Of a stretch of DNA of 64,000 nucleotides, positions 10,808 to 23,656 are shown one piece after another; position 1 is the first letter of the stretch, and each line of letters opens with the position of its first letter. The translations under genes were made by a program, and so were the position numbers. Source of the stretch: Scenedesmus sp. PABB004 (Eukaryota); the NCBI GenBank assembly GCA_014905635.1, contig JABVCE010000019.1, forward strand, positions 310,001 through 374,000, written 5' to 3'. The notes beneath the pieces were generated by a model. The model made no database searches. It was given only the letters and a program-made list of their open reading frames with translations, and was not told the origin of the DNA.

Positions 10808-12890
10808 TCACACGAGCGCGGCGGCCGCGACCGCGCCAAAGGCGAGCAGCACCGGCGCGAGGCCGTGCCCGCGACGCGGCGCGGCCGCGGCGCTCGCGGC
10901 GGTGGCGTTGTTAGAAATGAGCCCGGTGTCGCCGTCGTACGCCGAGGCCTTATCCGGCGTGGAGATGACGTCGGTGGAGAGGTTCAGCTCGTCCGGCGAG
11001 ACCTCGGGCCCTGCGGTGCAGGCACCGCGCCGCGTGGACGCGTCAGCGCCGAGCACCGCGCCGCGCGCGCAGCCGCCGTACGTGGCCCCCGGCTGCCCAG
11101 CCTGCCCGTTGCGCGCGCCGCATCCTCGCTCTCCCCACGCACCGTTGAGGATGTTGAGCGTGTAGGCCGAGGCGTTCTCATAGAACTTGACAGTGTTCTC
11201 GGGCGTTGCGAGGCTCGCGAGCACGCGCTGCTTCGCCTCGGGCGAGTCGGTGTCGATGAGGAACGTGGCCTGCCGGGCGGGGTGGGGCGGGCGGGGTGGG
11301 GCGTGGGCGAGCGGCGCGTGCGCGCGGGCGCGCTCGGCCGCGCTCTTTGGGCGCGCTCATCGAGAGCGCTCGCGCGCTGCTGAGCTCACGATGTTGAGGT
11401 CCGACTGCGTGAGGTTCTTCCAGTAAACCTGTGGCGCCGGACGGTCAGCCAGCCAGTCAGCTTAAGCTTGGTGGAGCAGCTGTGCGGCCGCCGTTGCAGC
11501 GGCCACGGGCCGCCGCCCACGAGCGGCCCCGGGCGCCCGCGCTCGGGCGGCCCCCGCGGCGCGGCGCCCGCGGCGAGCGCCGGACCTGCGACGTGTCCAC
11601 CGACAGCGCCTCGGCGAGGCTCTGAATGAAGGGGATCTGCCGGGAGGGAGGGAGGCAGGGAGGGAGGCAGGGAGAGAGGGAGGCGGTGAGTGAAAGCGGG
11701 AGGGAGGGAGGGAGGCAGGGAGGGAGGGAGGCAGGGAGAGCGGGAGGGAGGCAGGCGTTGGGGAGGAGGCTCGGGCAAGCGTTGAACCCGGGGCCAGCGG
11801 CAAGCCAGGCGGGCGCGCCGGGCGGGCCAGCCCCGGGCGCGGCGCGGCGCCGCGCGGCGCAGGGTTTGGGCGAGCGCGCCGCACCGCGTTGGCCTTGATG
11901 TCAGCGATGGGCGAGTCGGTCACCACGTCAATCTGGAGGGGCGAGGCGGAGCCCGGGCAGGCGGCGGCCGCGGTGGCCGAGCGGCCGCGGTGGGTGCGCG
12001 GCCCCGGAGCGCGCGGGCGCGGCGGCGCGGCGCCGCGGCGCGCAGGCGGGCGGTGGCCCCCAGGCGGCACGTGCGCGCGCGGGAGCCGCGCCGTGCCCTC
12101 GCGGGCGCGCGGCGGGCGGAGGCTCACCAGGACCTGGTCCTTGTTGTTGGGCTTGTCGGCCGGCCACACGGGCTCAAAGCCCTCCAGCGGGATCACCTTG
12201 ACTGCACCCTTCTTGGCGCCAGTGGTTGTGTTCTGGCCGACAGAGGTGCTGCCGCCGGCGAGCACCACATCTGGGGGAAGGGGAGGGAAGGGGAGGGGGC
12301 GGGGCGCGGGCGCGCGGGCTCGGGGCGCGCCCCGGCGGCGGCGGGCAGCCGCGCTTGGCGCGGCCTCGGGCCGGGGCGGGGCGCGAGGGGCAGGCGCGGG
12401 GCACGCGCGCCGCGCGCAGGCGCGCGCGGGGCGGCCGCGCGGGCTCGCGCGCGGCGCGCGGTCCGCGGGGCGCCGTGGCGGGCGCGCGAGGCGGGCGCAC
12501 CCTCGGTCTCAATCTTGGGGATGGAGGAGAGGTCAATGTCGATCTTGGCCGCCGCCGCCTGAGCCTCCGCGTCGGCAGCAGCGGTCTCGGCGTCTTGCTC
12601 ACCCGCCGGCGCCGCCGCAGACTTGGCCGTGGCGGCCGGCGCCGCGGCGGCGGGCTTGGCGGCCGCGGCCGTGGCGTTGGCGCCGATGGTGGCGGGCGCC
12701 GTGGGCGTGGCCGTGGGTGCGGCTGGGGGCGGGGGCGGGGGCGGCGGCGCGCTTGATCGGCGGCGTCACCGGGGCAGCGCCGCCGCGCTGCTGCCGGCGC
12801 AACCGCCACGGCGCGCCGGCTGCACCCACCTGCGACCATGTAAAAGGCGAGAAGGGCGCAGAGCGCGACCGGGAGCGCGCGGGGGGCCAT
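10808..12890 (-). CDS. Secreted, probably GPI-anchored cell-surface protein, multi-exon
   Basis: N-terminal signal MAPRALPVALCALLAFYMVA; Ala/Thr/Pro-rich linker; N-glycosylation sequons (NAT, NTT, NLT, NAS, NLS); C-terminus NNATAASAAAAPRRGHGLAPVLLAFGAVAAAALV* is a small-residue omega region, spacer and hydrophobic tail. Confidence 0.75.
11641..11755. repeat. Intronic GGGA/GGCA purine-rich microsatellite
   Basis: Repeated gggagggagggaggca units; reads as a CCCT-rich tract in the minus-strand pre-mRNA intron. Confidence 0.85.
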
Positions 12891-13170
12891 CGGGCGCGTG
12901 CGGGCGGGTCGGGCCGGTGGCGGGCGGGGCCGGTGCGGCGTCGAGGGCGGGCTCGCGGGGCTGCGCGGCGGTCGATTGTGCGGGCCGGAGGGTGTGAAGT
13001 CGTTGGAGCTGCGCGGCGCGGTGGGGGCGCCTCAGAATCCGTTCCCCGGGGGCGTCCGGTCCTGGAACGGAGACCTCGGCACGGGGGCGCCGGCGGCCGC
13101 CCCGTCTCGCCGCCCCGCCCGCCCGCGCAGCCACTCCCCGTCCCACCCAAACGCCATCCGCCCGTCCAGA

Positions 13171-16100
13171 ATGGGGCTGCCGGCCTTCCTGACCAAGAAG
13201 CGCGCCGATGGCGCTGCGGCGCCGCCGGCGGCCGATGCGGCCCTCCTGGGCCCCCGGCCGCGGCCCAAGGGCGCCACCGTGCGGCTCCCCATCGAGCTGC
13301 CCACCGACGTCGGCAGCAGCGCCGGCGAGGAGTGGCGGTCCATCAAGTCGGCCGCCAGGGGCTCGCGCGACGGGTGCGCCCGGCGCTGCCGCGCCCGCGG
13401 CCGGCCGCCAGCCTGCCCGCGCGCCCCGCGGGCCGCCCCGGCGCTCACCCAGCCCCCTCGGCTCCGTGCCGCGCGCCGCCGCGCGACTCACCGCCGCGCC
13501 CGCCGCTGCCCGCCGCGCCGCCCCCATGGCACCGCCGCCCCTGCCCCATTCCTGCCCCGCCTGTGGCACCGCCCCTGGCGCCGTGAGCGCAGCTGGAAGG
13601 CCAAGAAGTCCCTCAAGTGGCACCAGTGGCTGGCCGTCTTCTTCCCCTGCTTTGAGTGGATCATCGGGTACGACTGGCGCCGCAACCTGGTGTGGGACGT
13701 CCTCGCCGGCTGCTCCGTCGGCTTCATGGTGGTGCGTGGCCGCTGCCGCACGCGCCCCCGCCTGCCTCCCTCCCGCGCCCGTCCGCCCGCCCGCCCCCTC
13801 CCACGCCGCCCGCCGCGCCGCCGCGCCTCCCCGCCACCTCCCAGGTGCCGCAGGGCATGAGCTATGCCACGCTCGCCGGCGTGCCGAGCGTGTGGGGCCT
13901 CTACGGTGCATTCATCCCGGTGAGGCGCGGCACGCCGGGGCTTGAGCGAGGGCAGGGCTCAGGGACGGGGCGGGAGGAGGGTGCCAGGGCGGCGCGCGCG
14001 CGCGCGCGCGCGCCTGCACGTCCGGCGGCCCCGGCCCCAGCCGCCGCGGGGCTGGCACGAGCCCTGGGCCCAGCTCCTCCTCCTCAACTCAACCCGCGCG
14101 CGCCCCCGTCTGCCTAAACCCCAGGTGCTGATGTATTCGGTCTTCGGCTCCTCCCGCCAGCTCGCGGTCGGGCCCGTCGCGGTGACGAGCCTGCTCATTG
14201 GTGCGGCGGGCGGGCGGGGCTCAAAGGGCGCGGCGCTGGGCGGTCCGGGGCGGCGGGAGCCGCTCGGGCGCGGCGCGGCGCGTGGGGGGCTGGAAGGGCC
14301 TGCGCCGCGCTGCGCAGCGCGCGCGCGCGCGCGCGTGGCTGCGCGCACCGACCGCGCGCCGGCCCTGCCTGCGCCCCCCCCCCCCCCCCTTCAAACAAAC
14401 CCCACAGGCAACGGCATCAAGAAGGTTGTGCCGGGTGCGCACACACAGCGCACGCGCGCACACGCAGCACCCGCGCGCTGCACCCGGCGCGCTGCACCCT
14501 ACGCGCCGCGCCCCTCCCTCCCGCCGCTGCCTGACCCCCCCCCCCCCCCCTCTCCTCTCCCCGCCCGCCCGCAGGCTCTCAGTTCATCACTGACCCCAAC
14601 AACCTCGACAGCTTCCAGTTCACGGTGCGCCCTGATTCGGCCCAGGGTTTAGGCCCAGCAGGCCCAGGGTTTAGAGCGGGCCGACGGCGGGCCAGGGCGG
14701 GGCGGAGCCTTCCGGCGCGCGCGCGCGCGCGCGGCCCGTGCTGAACCGCCGCTGCGCCGCGCCGTGTGACCGCCGGCCGCGGCAGGTCCAGAAGCGCTAC
14801 AACAAGTCGGTGACGCAGCTGGCCTTCCTCGTCAGCATCCTCTACACCGGTGGGTTTAGGTTTTGTGTGTGCGGCGGTTGAACAGCGCGGTTGATGATGT
14901 TGTGTTTGACGCCGCTGCTCAGCACCAAAGGCCGAGTACATCAGCACCTGGTTGAGGCAGACGGGGGCGCGCGCGGGTTGGGCCGAGGAGCCGGGTTTGA
15001 CGGGGAGTGGCTGCGCGGGCGGGCGGGGCGGCGAGGCGGGGCGGCCGCCGGCGCCCCCGTGCCGAGGTCTCCGTTCCAGGACCGGACGCCCCCGGGGAAC
15101 GGATTCTGAGGCGCCCCCACCGCGCCGCGCTGCTCTCACGACTTCACAACCTCCGGCCCGCACAATTGACCGCCGCGCAGCTCCGCGCGCGCGTCCTCGA
15201 CGCCGCACTGGCCCCGCCCGCCACCGGCGTGACCCGCCCATGCGCGCCCGATGGCCCCCCGCGCTCCCCATCGCGCTCTGCGCCCTTCTCGCCGTTTCAC
15301 CCTTCGTCCGCCCCGCTGCCCGCCCCGCCCCCCCCCCCCCCCCCCCCCCGCCCGCCCGCCAGGCATCGGCATCCTGCGCCTCGGTTTTCTCATCCGCTTC
15401 CTCAGCCACCCCGTGACCACCGGCTTCACCAGCGGCGCGGCGATCATCATCGGCATGAGCCAGGTGGGTGCGCTGCGCTTGCGTTGACTCAAAAGCAACT
15501 GTTGTGTTGACTCACTGCTCTTGTGTTGATTCAAACGCACCTGTTGGTTTAGTGTTTAGAATACGCAACGCACGGGCTTGCATGCGTGCCGCCCCTAAGC
15601 CCTGCCCCTCAACCTCAACCTCGCTAAACCCTGCTCCCGCCCCCCGCAGTTCAAGTACATCCTCGGCTACAACGTCCCCCGCCGCGACACGCTGCACGAG
15701 CAGGCGCGCCGCGCCGCGCGCCCTCCCCCCGCCGCCCTCTCCTGCCGCCCTCCTCCCGCCGCCCGCGCCGCCCACGCCGCCCGCGCTGGCCCTGCATGTC
15801 TAAACCCCTGAACCCTGGCCCGCCCGCAACCCTGGCGCGCGCAGATCGCGGTGCTGGTGGAGCACGGCGACCTCTTCAACTGGCGTGAGTTTGCGATGGG
15901 CATGTCGCTGCTGGTGTTCCTCATCACGCTCATGGTCGTCTCGCGGCGCTACCCCAAGAAGGTGCGTGCTGTGAGGGTTTGTGAGGTTGTGTGGGGCTGT
16001 GTGGGGTTGTGCGGCTCAGGCCCGGGGTCGAGGGCTGGCCGCGGAGGGCTGGCCCGGCGGGGGGCTTGAGCCACGCTGCCGCGCCGCAAGCCAGCCCCCA

Positions 16101-19100
16101 GCCCTCTCTCACCCCCCCACACCCCCCACCCCCACACCCCGCAGCTCTTCTGGCTCGCCCCGCTCGGCCCCATGATTGCTGCGCTCATCGGCGTGGCCGT
16201 GGTGGGCGGCATGAAGTTCAACTACCTCGGCGCGCCCATCAAGGTGGGGTTTAGCGGGGTTTAGGCAGCCTCAATGAGGGGGCAGGGTTCAGGGGAGAGG
16301 GCCCTGGTGGCCGAACGGCGCGGCGCGGGCGGCGGCGCGGGCGGCGGCGGGGCGGGCTCACGCGCGCGCGCACGCCGTTGACGCAGCCGGCGCTGACCGC
16401 CGCTGACCGCTGCTGCTGCCACCGCTGCCGCCGCCGCTGCTGCGCAGGCGGTGCTGACCATCCCCCGCGGCATGCCCAAGGTCACCGTCGGCGACTGGTG
16501 CGGCGACGCGGCGGCGGCGCGGCGCGGCAGCGGGGGCTGTGGCGGGGGCGCGCCAGGCGACGCCGCCCCCCCCCCCCCCCCCCCCCGCGAGCCGGCCGCT
16601 TCGCCCCGTGCGCTAAACCCTGCCCCCTCTCCGCATGCTCCGCTAAACCCTCTCTCCCAGGCTGCCGTTTGTGTACGTCGACACGCTCGTCCCGCTCGCG
16701 TTCATCGTGATGATCGTCGACATGCTCGAGTCAACCTCCATCGCGCGGTGCGTTGACCGGCCGTGCTGACCGCGCGTTTCGACCGCGCGCTTCGACCGCG
16801 GCGCCCTCGCCGCGGCGCTGACGCCCCGCCGCCCCCGCCGCCGCCCCTTCAATTCGAATTCGAATTCAAACAGCGCCCTCGCGCGCAAGAACGACTACAA
16901 GCTCAGCTACAACCGCGAGATCATCGGCCTCGGCGTGGCCAACTTCTTCGGCGCGGGTGCGCCGGGGTTTAGGGTTTAGGTTGATGGTTGAGGCGCCTGC
17001 TGATCGACTGATGAGGGGAGGCGCGCCGTCTCGCGCCTCACGCTCCGGCCCGCCCCGCCCTGCCCCGCCCCGTGCCGCGCCGCGCCGCGCCGCGCCGCGC
17101 AGCGTTCAACTCGTACACGACCACCGGCTCGTTCAGCCGCTCCGCCGTCAACAACGCGTCGGGCGCCAAGACCCAGGCGCGCGCGCCGCGCGCCGCACCC
17201 TCCCACCACTCTCCCACCACCCGCACAGCTCAGCCCTCAGCCCCCTCAGCCCCCTCTCACCCCCCTCCCTCGACCGCCTCAACCCCCCGCTCAACCCCTA
17301 AACCCTGCCGCCCCCGCACCCACCTAAACCACGCCCGCTAAACCCCGGCGCCGCAGCTCGCGGGCGTGTTCACGGCGATCATCGTGATGTTCGTCCTCCT
17401 CTTCCTCACGCCCCTCTTCGCGCTCGTCCCCTACAACGCCATCGGCGCCATCATCATCGCCGGCTGCACGACGCTGTTCGAGTGGCGCGTCGCGAAGCAG
17501 CTCTGGCGGGTGGGTCGCGTGTGGGGGGCAAGCCGCCGCCGCGCGCGCCGGCGGGCGGGGGCCGGCGGGGCGCCGCGGGCGCGCGCTGCGCTGCAGGGAG
17601 GGCGCGCGCGGCGCAGCAGCTGCGGGGCACAGCAGGGTTGCAGGCACCTAAACCCCGCTGTCGACCGCCCTAAACCCTGATCCCACACCACCCACCCTCA
17701 ACCCTCCCCCCAGACCTCGTTCCGCGACTTTATCGCCTGGCTCGTCGCGTGCGCGGCGTGTGCTTCCTCGGCGTGGAGCTCGGCCTCGGCGTCGCCATCG
17801 GTGCGCCGCCGCCGGGCCGCGCCGGGCCGCGCCGGGCCGCGCCCGCCGCGCCCGTCGCGCCCGCCGCGCCCGCCGCGCCCGCCGCGCGCGCCGCGCCCGC
17901 CGCCGCCGTTCTTGACGGCCCGCGCGCGGCCGGTCCGCGCCACGAGGACGAACCCCTCCCCTAAACCCTGCTCCTCCAACTCCCCTTAAACCCCCGTCAG
18001 GCCTGTCGCTCTTCTGCTACATTCTCGAGACAGCGTTCCCCCACCTCGCCATCCTGGGCAGCGTGGAGAAGACAGACCTCACCGTCAGCACCAAGCAGTT
18101 CCCCGGCGCGAACACGGTGCGCAGGGTTCCAGCGCCTTGCGGGGCGACTGGGCGCGCACGCGCGTGGGGAGGGGAAGGGAAGGGCCCGTCGGCACGTCGC
18201 GCGCCGTGCTCCCCCGCTGTCGGTGCACGCCCCCGGCGCCTCCCTTGAGCTCAACCCCCCGCCGCCGCGCCGCCGCCCCGCCCCGCTGCCGCCGCCGCCG
18301 CCCCACCGTCGCCGCCCCTGCAGCGCCCCGGCGTGCTCGCGCTGCGCCTCGACGCGCCGATCTACTTCGGCAACGTCCAGGTGCGGGGTTTAGTAGGGCG
18401 CGACGCGCGCGGCTTAGGGTTGAAGGCTTTTGGCGGGGGCGCGGCGCGGCGCGCAGGCTCATTCTTTGCGGGCGGCGCGCGCGGCGCGAGATGCCTTAGG
18501 GCTGCCGCTGCGGCTGCCGCCCTGAACCCTTTGCCATGCTCTCTCACCCCTGCCGCCCCGCTGCCGCAACCCCCCCCCCCCCCCCCCCCCCCCCTCCCAC
18601 CAACCTGTCAGTATCTGGAGGACAAGGTGGACACGTTTGTGGAGGAGGCGGAGCGCGCCGCGCGCGACGACGGCGGTGCGCGGCCGCGCCGCACCGCCTG
18701 CGCCCCCCCCTCCTCGGCGCGGCCACCCGCGCGCCAGGCCCCCGCCCGCACGTCGTGCGCCGGACCGTGCGCCGGACCCCCAAACCCTGAACCCTAAACC
18801 CTGCCCCGTCGCCGCCGCCGCCGCCCGCTAAACCGCCGCAGCCCCGCCCCTGGAGTTCCTCATCCTCGACCTCACGCCCTCGAGCCACATCGACAGCAGC
18901 GGCTGCCACACGATCGGCGTGGAGCTCGCGGCGCGCCTGCGCAAGAGCGGCATCCAGGTGCGGTTTGGTGCGGCGTTGCGGTTTGGCGCGGCGCGGCGCG
19001 GCGCAGCAGGGCTGCTCGCGCTTGGTCGCACAGCGCGCTTTTGGGGTTCAGGGGTTCAGGGCTGCCTCTCGGTCGACGCTCACGCGGTCAACGCTCACTC

Positions 19101-19374
19101 ACGTGCACACGCGCGCCCCCACACACACACCCACACCACAGGTCGCGCTCGCGGGGCCGAACGAGAAGGTGCTGCGCTGCCTGGAGCGGTCGGGCGTGGT
19201 GGACGAGGTGGGGCGGGACTGGATCTTCGGCTGCGTGGCGGACGCGGTGGACGCGTGCGGCACGCTGCCGCGGCTCGTCGTGCACGGCCCCGGCAGCAGC
19301 AGCGAGGGCAGCGACGACCTCGCCACCAAGGACGCCGCCGCCCCGCCGTCGCCGCCGCCGCGGGCAAGGCGTGA
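13171..19374 (+). CDS. SulP/SLC26 (SULTR-type) sulfate/anion transporter with C-terminal STAS domain, ~20 exons
   Basis: [113 protein letters not shown] motifs [11 protein letters not shown] and [15 protein letters not shown]. Apparent 1-nt frameshifts at ~17752 and ~19342, so the stop is 19374 or 19441. Confidence 0.95.
14921..15297 (-). repeat. Inverted composite duplication of ~12845-13142 plus ~14090-14148 inside a SULTR intron
   Basis: The reverse complement of 15000-15297 matches 12845-13142 (e.g. ctcagaatccgttccccgggggcgtccggtcctggaacggagacctcggcacgggggcgcc). The reverse complement of 14921-14980 matches caacccgcgcgcgcccccgtctgcct...caggtgctgatgta at 14090-14135. Confidence 0.95.
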
Positions 19375-20509
19375 GCGGGCGGGCCGCGGGAGGGGGGAGG
19401 GGGGCTTGGCCGGGCTGGCCCTGCCCCCGGCGGGGCGCTAGGGCTGGGGCGGCGGCGGCACTCAAACTCGTAGGAGCGGCGCGGCTGGGCCGGCGCGAGC
19501 CGCCGCGCCCCCCGCATCGTGCACAGGCGGATGCTCGTGGGCGGCGGTTGACAGCGGTGTGAGTGGCCCCGGGCCTACGCACCGCCGACTCTGTCCTGTC
19601 TGAGCTTGCTGCTCCCAAAATTGCTGGGCGCACGCGCGCGCGGCGACGCCCCGGCCGCGCGGCGCGGCGCGCGGCGGCGCCGCGGCCCCCCATCCGGGGC
19701 GCGGCGCCGCCGCGCGCGCCAGCAGAGCTGGCTGGGTGGTGAGCCGCGCGCGCGCTGCACTCTGTGCGCGCCGCGCGACCGCCGACTGTGGCTTGCAGGC
19801 GACCTGCCGAGCTGACTGCGCAGTGTGCTGCCTGACCGTGTCGATTGATCAATCTTGCGCCGCCGCGTGCGGCGCCGCGCGGCGCGGCCGTGGCGTTCCT
19901 TCGCGTGTCGCCCGCCCTCTGCTGTGCCTAATAGTCTGGGAGGGCGCGATGCACTTGAACTTCTTGCGCTGCGCTCACGCCGCCGCTCCTGCGCCAGCCG
20001 CCAGCCCGCCAGCGCGCTGGTCACCGCCGCTAGCTCGGACCGGCCGCGGGCGGGCGCCGCCGCAGCCGCCGCGCTCGTCGGCAGGCGCCGTGAGATGCGT
20101 GGCCAGCTCGGGGAGCGGCTCGCCGCGGGCGGTAAGGCGGGCGTTGCTCTGGTTCCAGAGCGCCGTAGCGCGGGCTAACCCCCGACGCCCAACGCCGCCG
20201 CCGCTCGCTGGCCGCACCTGACGCCGCAGCTCCGCCGCAAACGCCAGCCATCTCGTGTCATACGCCGCGCGCCCGCCAACGCTCAGCGACGAAACCGACG
20301 CACCCGCCTCTCACTTTGCTGCTTCGCGCCCACCGCGCCGCGCCCATAGCGCCGCGCAGCCCTGCGGGCGCCGCCCCAGCCTCCTGAGACGGCCCCGGAC
20401 CTGGAGCGCCCGCCGCAGCAGCGTGCGCTGGCCGCACGGGGGCGCACCGCGCGTTGAATGACCAGCGCTCCCGGGCCGCTGCCGGCCTCCTTCAGCAGCG
20501 ACCAGCAGC

Positions 20510-22659
20510 ATGGCGCTGGACGCGTACGGCTTTGCCCTGCTCGGGGGCGAGGCCAGCGGCACCAGCCTGGCGGCCTCGGTGCGCGCCGCGCCGGCCGCCG
20601 CTGCCGCCGTTGGCCGCCGCCGGCTGCCCCTCACTCCTCCGCCCGCGGCGCCCGCCGCAGGCCAAGAGCGCGTCTAGGGCCTGGGAGGCGCTGGACCGCC
20701 AGCTTGCGCCGCTGCTCGACCCCGCGGCGGCGGCCGGCGGCCCCGCGGCGGCCGCGCGCCGGTCCGCCGCGGCGGCCGCGCTCAAGCCGGCCGTGCGGCG
20801 CGGCATCCCCTTCGACCGCCGCCCCGCCGCGTGGCACGCGCTCTCCGGCGCCGCGGCGCGGCAGGCCGCGGCCGGCCCGGGGGCGTACGCCGCGCTGTGC
20901 GCCGAGGGCGGCGGCGGCGCGCTGCCGCTCGTGGAGGAGCTCTCCCCCGCGGCCTTCCAGTTCCGCGGCCACGCGCTGTTCCGGCGCCACGAGGGCATGG
21001 CCGCGCTGCGCAGGCGCGCCGCGGCGCCGAGCGCTGCGGGGTCGCGCGGCGGGGCCGCGCGTCGCGTGCGCGCGCGCGCCCACACCCACCGCCCGCTCGC
21101 GCGCCGGCCCCTCACGCGCCGCCGCCCGTGCCGCCGCCCGCTGCCTGCCGCGCAGGGTGCTTGCCGCGTTCCTGCAGCACACCCCCGGCAGCTACTTCCG
21201 CGGCGTCGGCCACATCGCGGGTGCGCCGCGCCTGGCGCCTGTCCACGCTCGCGCCGGCGCAACCCGCCCGCCCGCCGGCCCAACCAACTGGCCCCCCCCC
21301 TCCCTCCCTCCCAACACACACATCAAACACAATTCAATCCCCCGCAGCCTTCCTGCTGGTCGTGTTTGGGCCCGAGTCTGAGGAGGCGGCGTTCTGGACG
21401 CTCGACGCCCTCCTGCATGACCGCCTGCTGCCCTACGCCCCCGGCCAGGTGGGTTTAGGGCTTGGGTTGAGGGGCTGTGGAGCGCGGGCCGCGCGGTGCG
21501 GCGAGCTCTGGGCGTGGGGCTGGGGCGCGTGCTGAGCGCCGCCGCCGCCGCGCTGCGTGCAGGCGGCGTACGGCGTGAAGGTCGAGCTGCGCGTTCTGGA
21601 CGCGCTGGTTGCCAAGAAGCTGCCCAAGGTGCGCTTGAGGGCCTGGGGAGGGGAGGGGGCTTGCCTAGCTGCCCGAGCGAAAGGGCCGCCGCCTGGCGGG
21701 ACGACGGCGCCGCCGCCTAGGCGGGCCCGCGCGCTGCCACCAAGGGCGCTCTCTCACGCGCGCCGCGCCCGCAGGTCGCGTCCCACCTGGGCAAGATCGG
21801 CGCGACGAGCCTCTCCCTCACGCCGGCCTGGCTGGCGAGCCTCTTCACGACGGCGCTGCCGGCCGAGAGCGCAGCGCGCGTGATCGACTGCCTGGTGCTC
21901 GAGGTGCGCCGGCGGGCGCGGCGGCGGCGGCGGCGGCGGGCGCGGCGGCGGCCAGAGGCGGCGGCGGCCAGAGGCGGCGGCGGCGGCGGTGGTGGCGGCG
22001 GCGGCCAGAGCGAGGGACAGCGGGCCGCGGGCTGGGCAGGCTCTCGCAGGCCCGCGCGGGGCGTGTGGGCGGGGGCGGGGTTCGAAGGACCGGGGCGGGT
22101 CGAGCCGCCGCGGCCGCGCTCACGCACTCCTCGCTGCCTGTGCCTGTCCTGCCCGCAGGGCGGCAAGGTGCTGCACCGCGTCGCGCTGGCGCTGTTCCGG
22201 CGGTATGAGGCGTCCATCTGTGCGGCCTCCCACCCCGCGCAGCTGCGCCAGGTGCGCCGCCGCGCCGCGCCGCGCTGCCGGCCGCCGGCGCGCGCGCGTG
22301 CCCGTGCCCGCCGCGCACGCCACCGGCGCGCGCCGGCGGGCGCCAACGCGCGCCTCCCGCTCCCCGCCGCGCGCAGGTGCTGGACGCGCGGGCTGCCCGG
22401 CTGTACGACGCCGACGTGCTGCTGCGCACGGCCTTCCGCGGCGTCGGCCCGATGCCCGCCGGCTACCTGCAGGTGCGGCGCCAGCGCAGCGCGGCAGGCG
22501 GCGGCGACAGGGGCGGGCGCCCGCGCCGGCTGACCCGCCGGGCCGCCACCGCGCCGCGCCGCCGCGCAGGGCCTGCGCGTGTCGGCCGCGGCCGCCGTGC
22601 AGGAGCAGATGGCCGAGCAGCAGCGCCGCCTGGAGCACATCATGTGCCGCACGCACTGA
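20510..22659 (+). CDS. TBC (Rab-GAP) domain protein with degenerate catalytic motifs, multi-exon
   Basis: LDAYGF, LKPAVRRGIPFDRRPAAWHALSGA, ALR|RVLAAF, AFLLVVFG..EEAAFWTL, LVAKKLPK|VASHL, WLASLFTTALP..AARVIDCLVLE|GGKVLHRVALALF. Confidence 0.9.
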
Positions 22660-23656
22660 CCTGGCCCAGGGTTTAGGCCCGGAGTTTAGGCCGTTCCCCC
22701 GGCACGCGCTGGGGCCGGGGGCGGCAGCTGACGGCCGGCCAACGGCTCGGCCCGCCAGGGGCGCGCGCCGCAGGAAGGGAGCAATGCGTAGCATACGCAG
22801 TATCGGGCAGCACTGGCAGCAAGGGGGGCGCATCGGGCGAGGACACTGCGGCGCGGGGCGCCGCCCGATTCGGCGGCGCGCCCAGCGGCCGCCGGGGTTT
22901 TCCTCAACAGCGGGGCGGCGGGCTCCGATCTCTCGCGCTGTGCAGACTCCCTGCCGCCGCCCTGTTCGCTGTTCGTGACTCTCCGATAAGCCTGTTGTAG
23001 GCGTGGGCGTGTTTCGTGCCTGTGCCTGTGTGGGCGGATGAAAGGGGGGCGGCGGGGACTGCCGGCCGGCGCGCCGCGCTGGCTGGCTGGCTGCACTCGG
23101 GAGGTGTCGGCGCTGCAGCGACGCGGCGCGGGTCGTGCGCGCGCGGCGCATCATTGATGCTCTTGAGGGATACACGGCGTGAGGGCTCGACGGGCCCTTG
23201 GCTTGGCTTTGATTCTTACCGCACTCTAGTCCTCGGGCGTGCTCACATTGCTCCGAGTCTTGTACCAGCAGCACCAACGGCCCTTGCCGCCACCCTGCCA
23301 CATTCTTCGTGCGCGGCACCCACACGTGCCGCTGCGCCCGCGAGCGAGGCTCGGCCCCCGTGCCCCCGCGGCTGGAGGCTCCAGCTCCTAACCCACTCAG
23401 CTCTCTGCGGCGCACGGCCGGCGCGCCCCTTGGCCAGCGAGGGCTGGCCAAGCGAGGTGGCGGCGCGCGCGCCGGCGCCCGCCCCTGCGACGACGGGGAC
23501 GCCGTGGGGTGACAGACGGCCGGGCCGCTGTCTGTCTGCGCCGCCGGAGTGGAGGGGCCGCCGCCGCGCTGCCGGCGCGCCCCTGACCTAGGCTTGCAGC
23601 TCATTTGGTGTGGTTGATCGTTGTTGGGGCGGCCGGCGGACGAGGCGCGTGCCTGT

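Noticed and set aside
16848..16870. ttcaattcgaattcgaattcaaa resembling a heat-shock element
   Set aside because: GAA/TTC units lack the 2-nt spacing of nGAAn arrays and lie at an intron acceptor; likely slippage.
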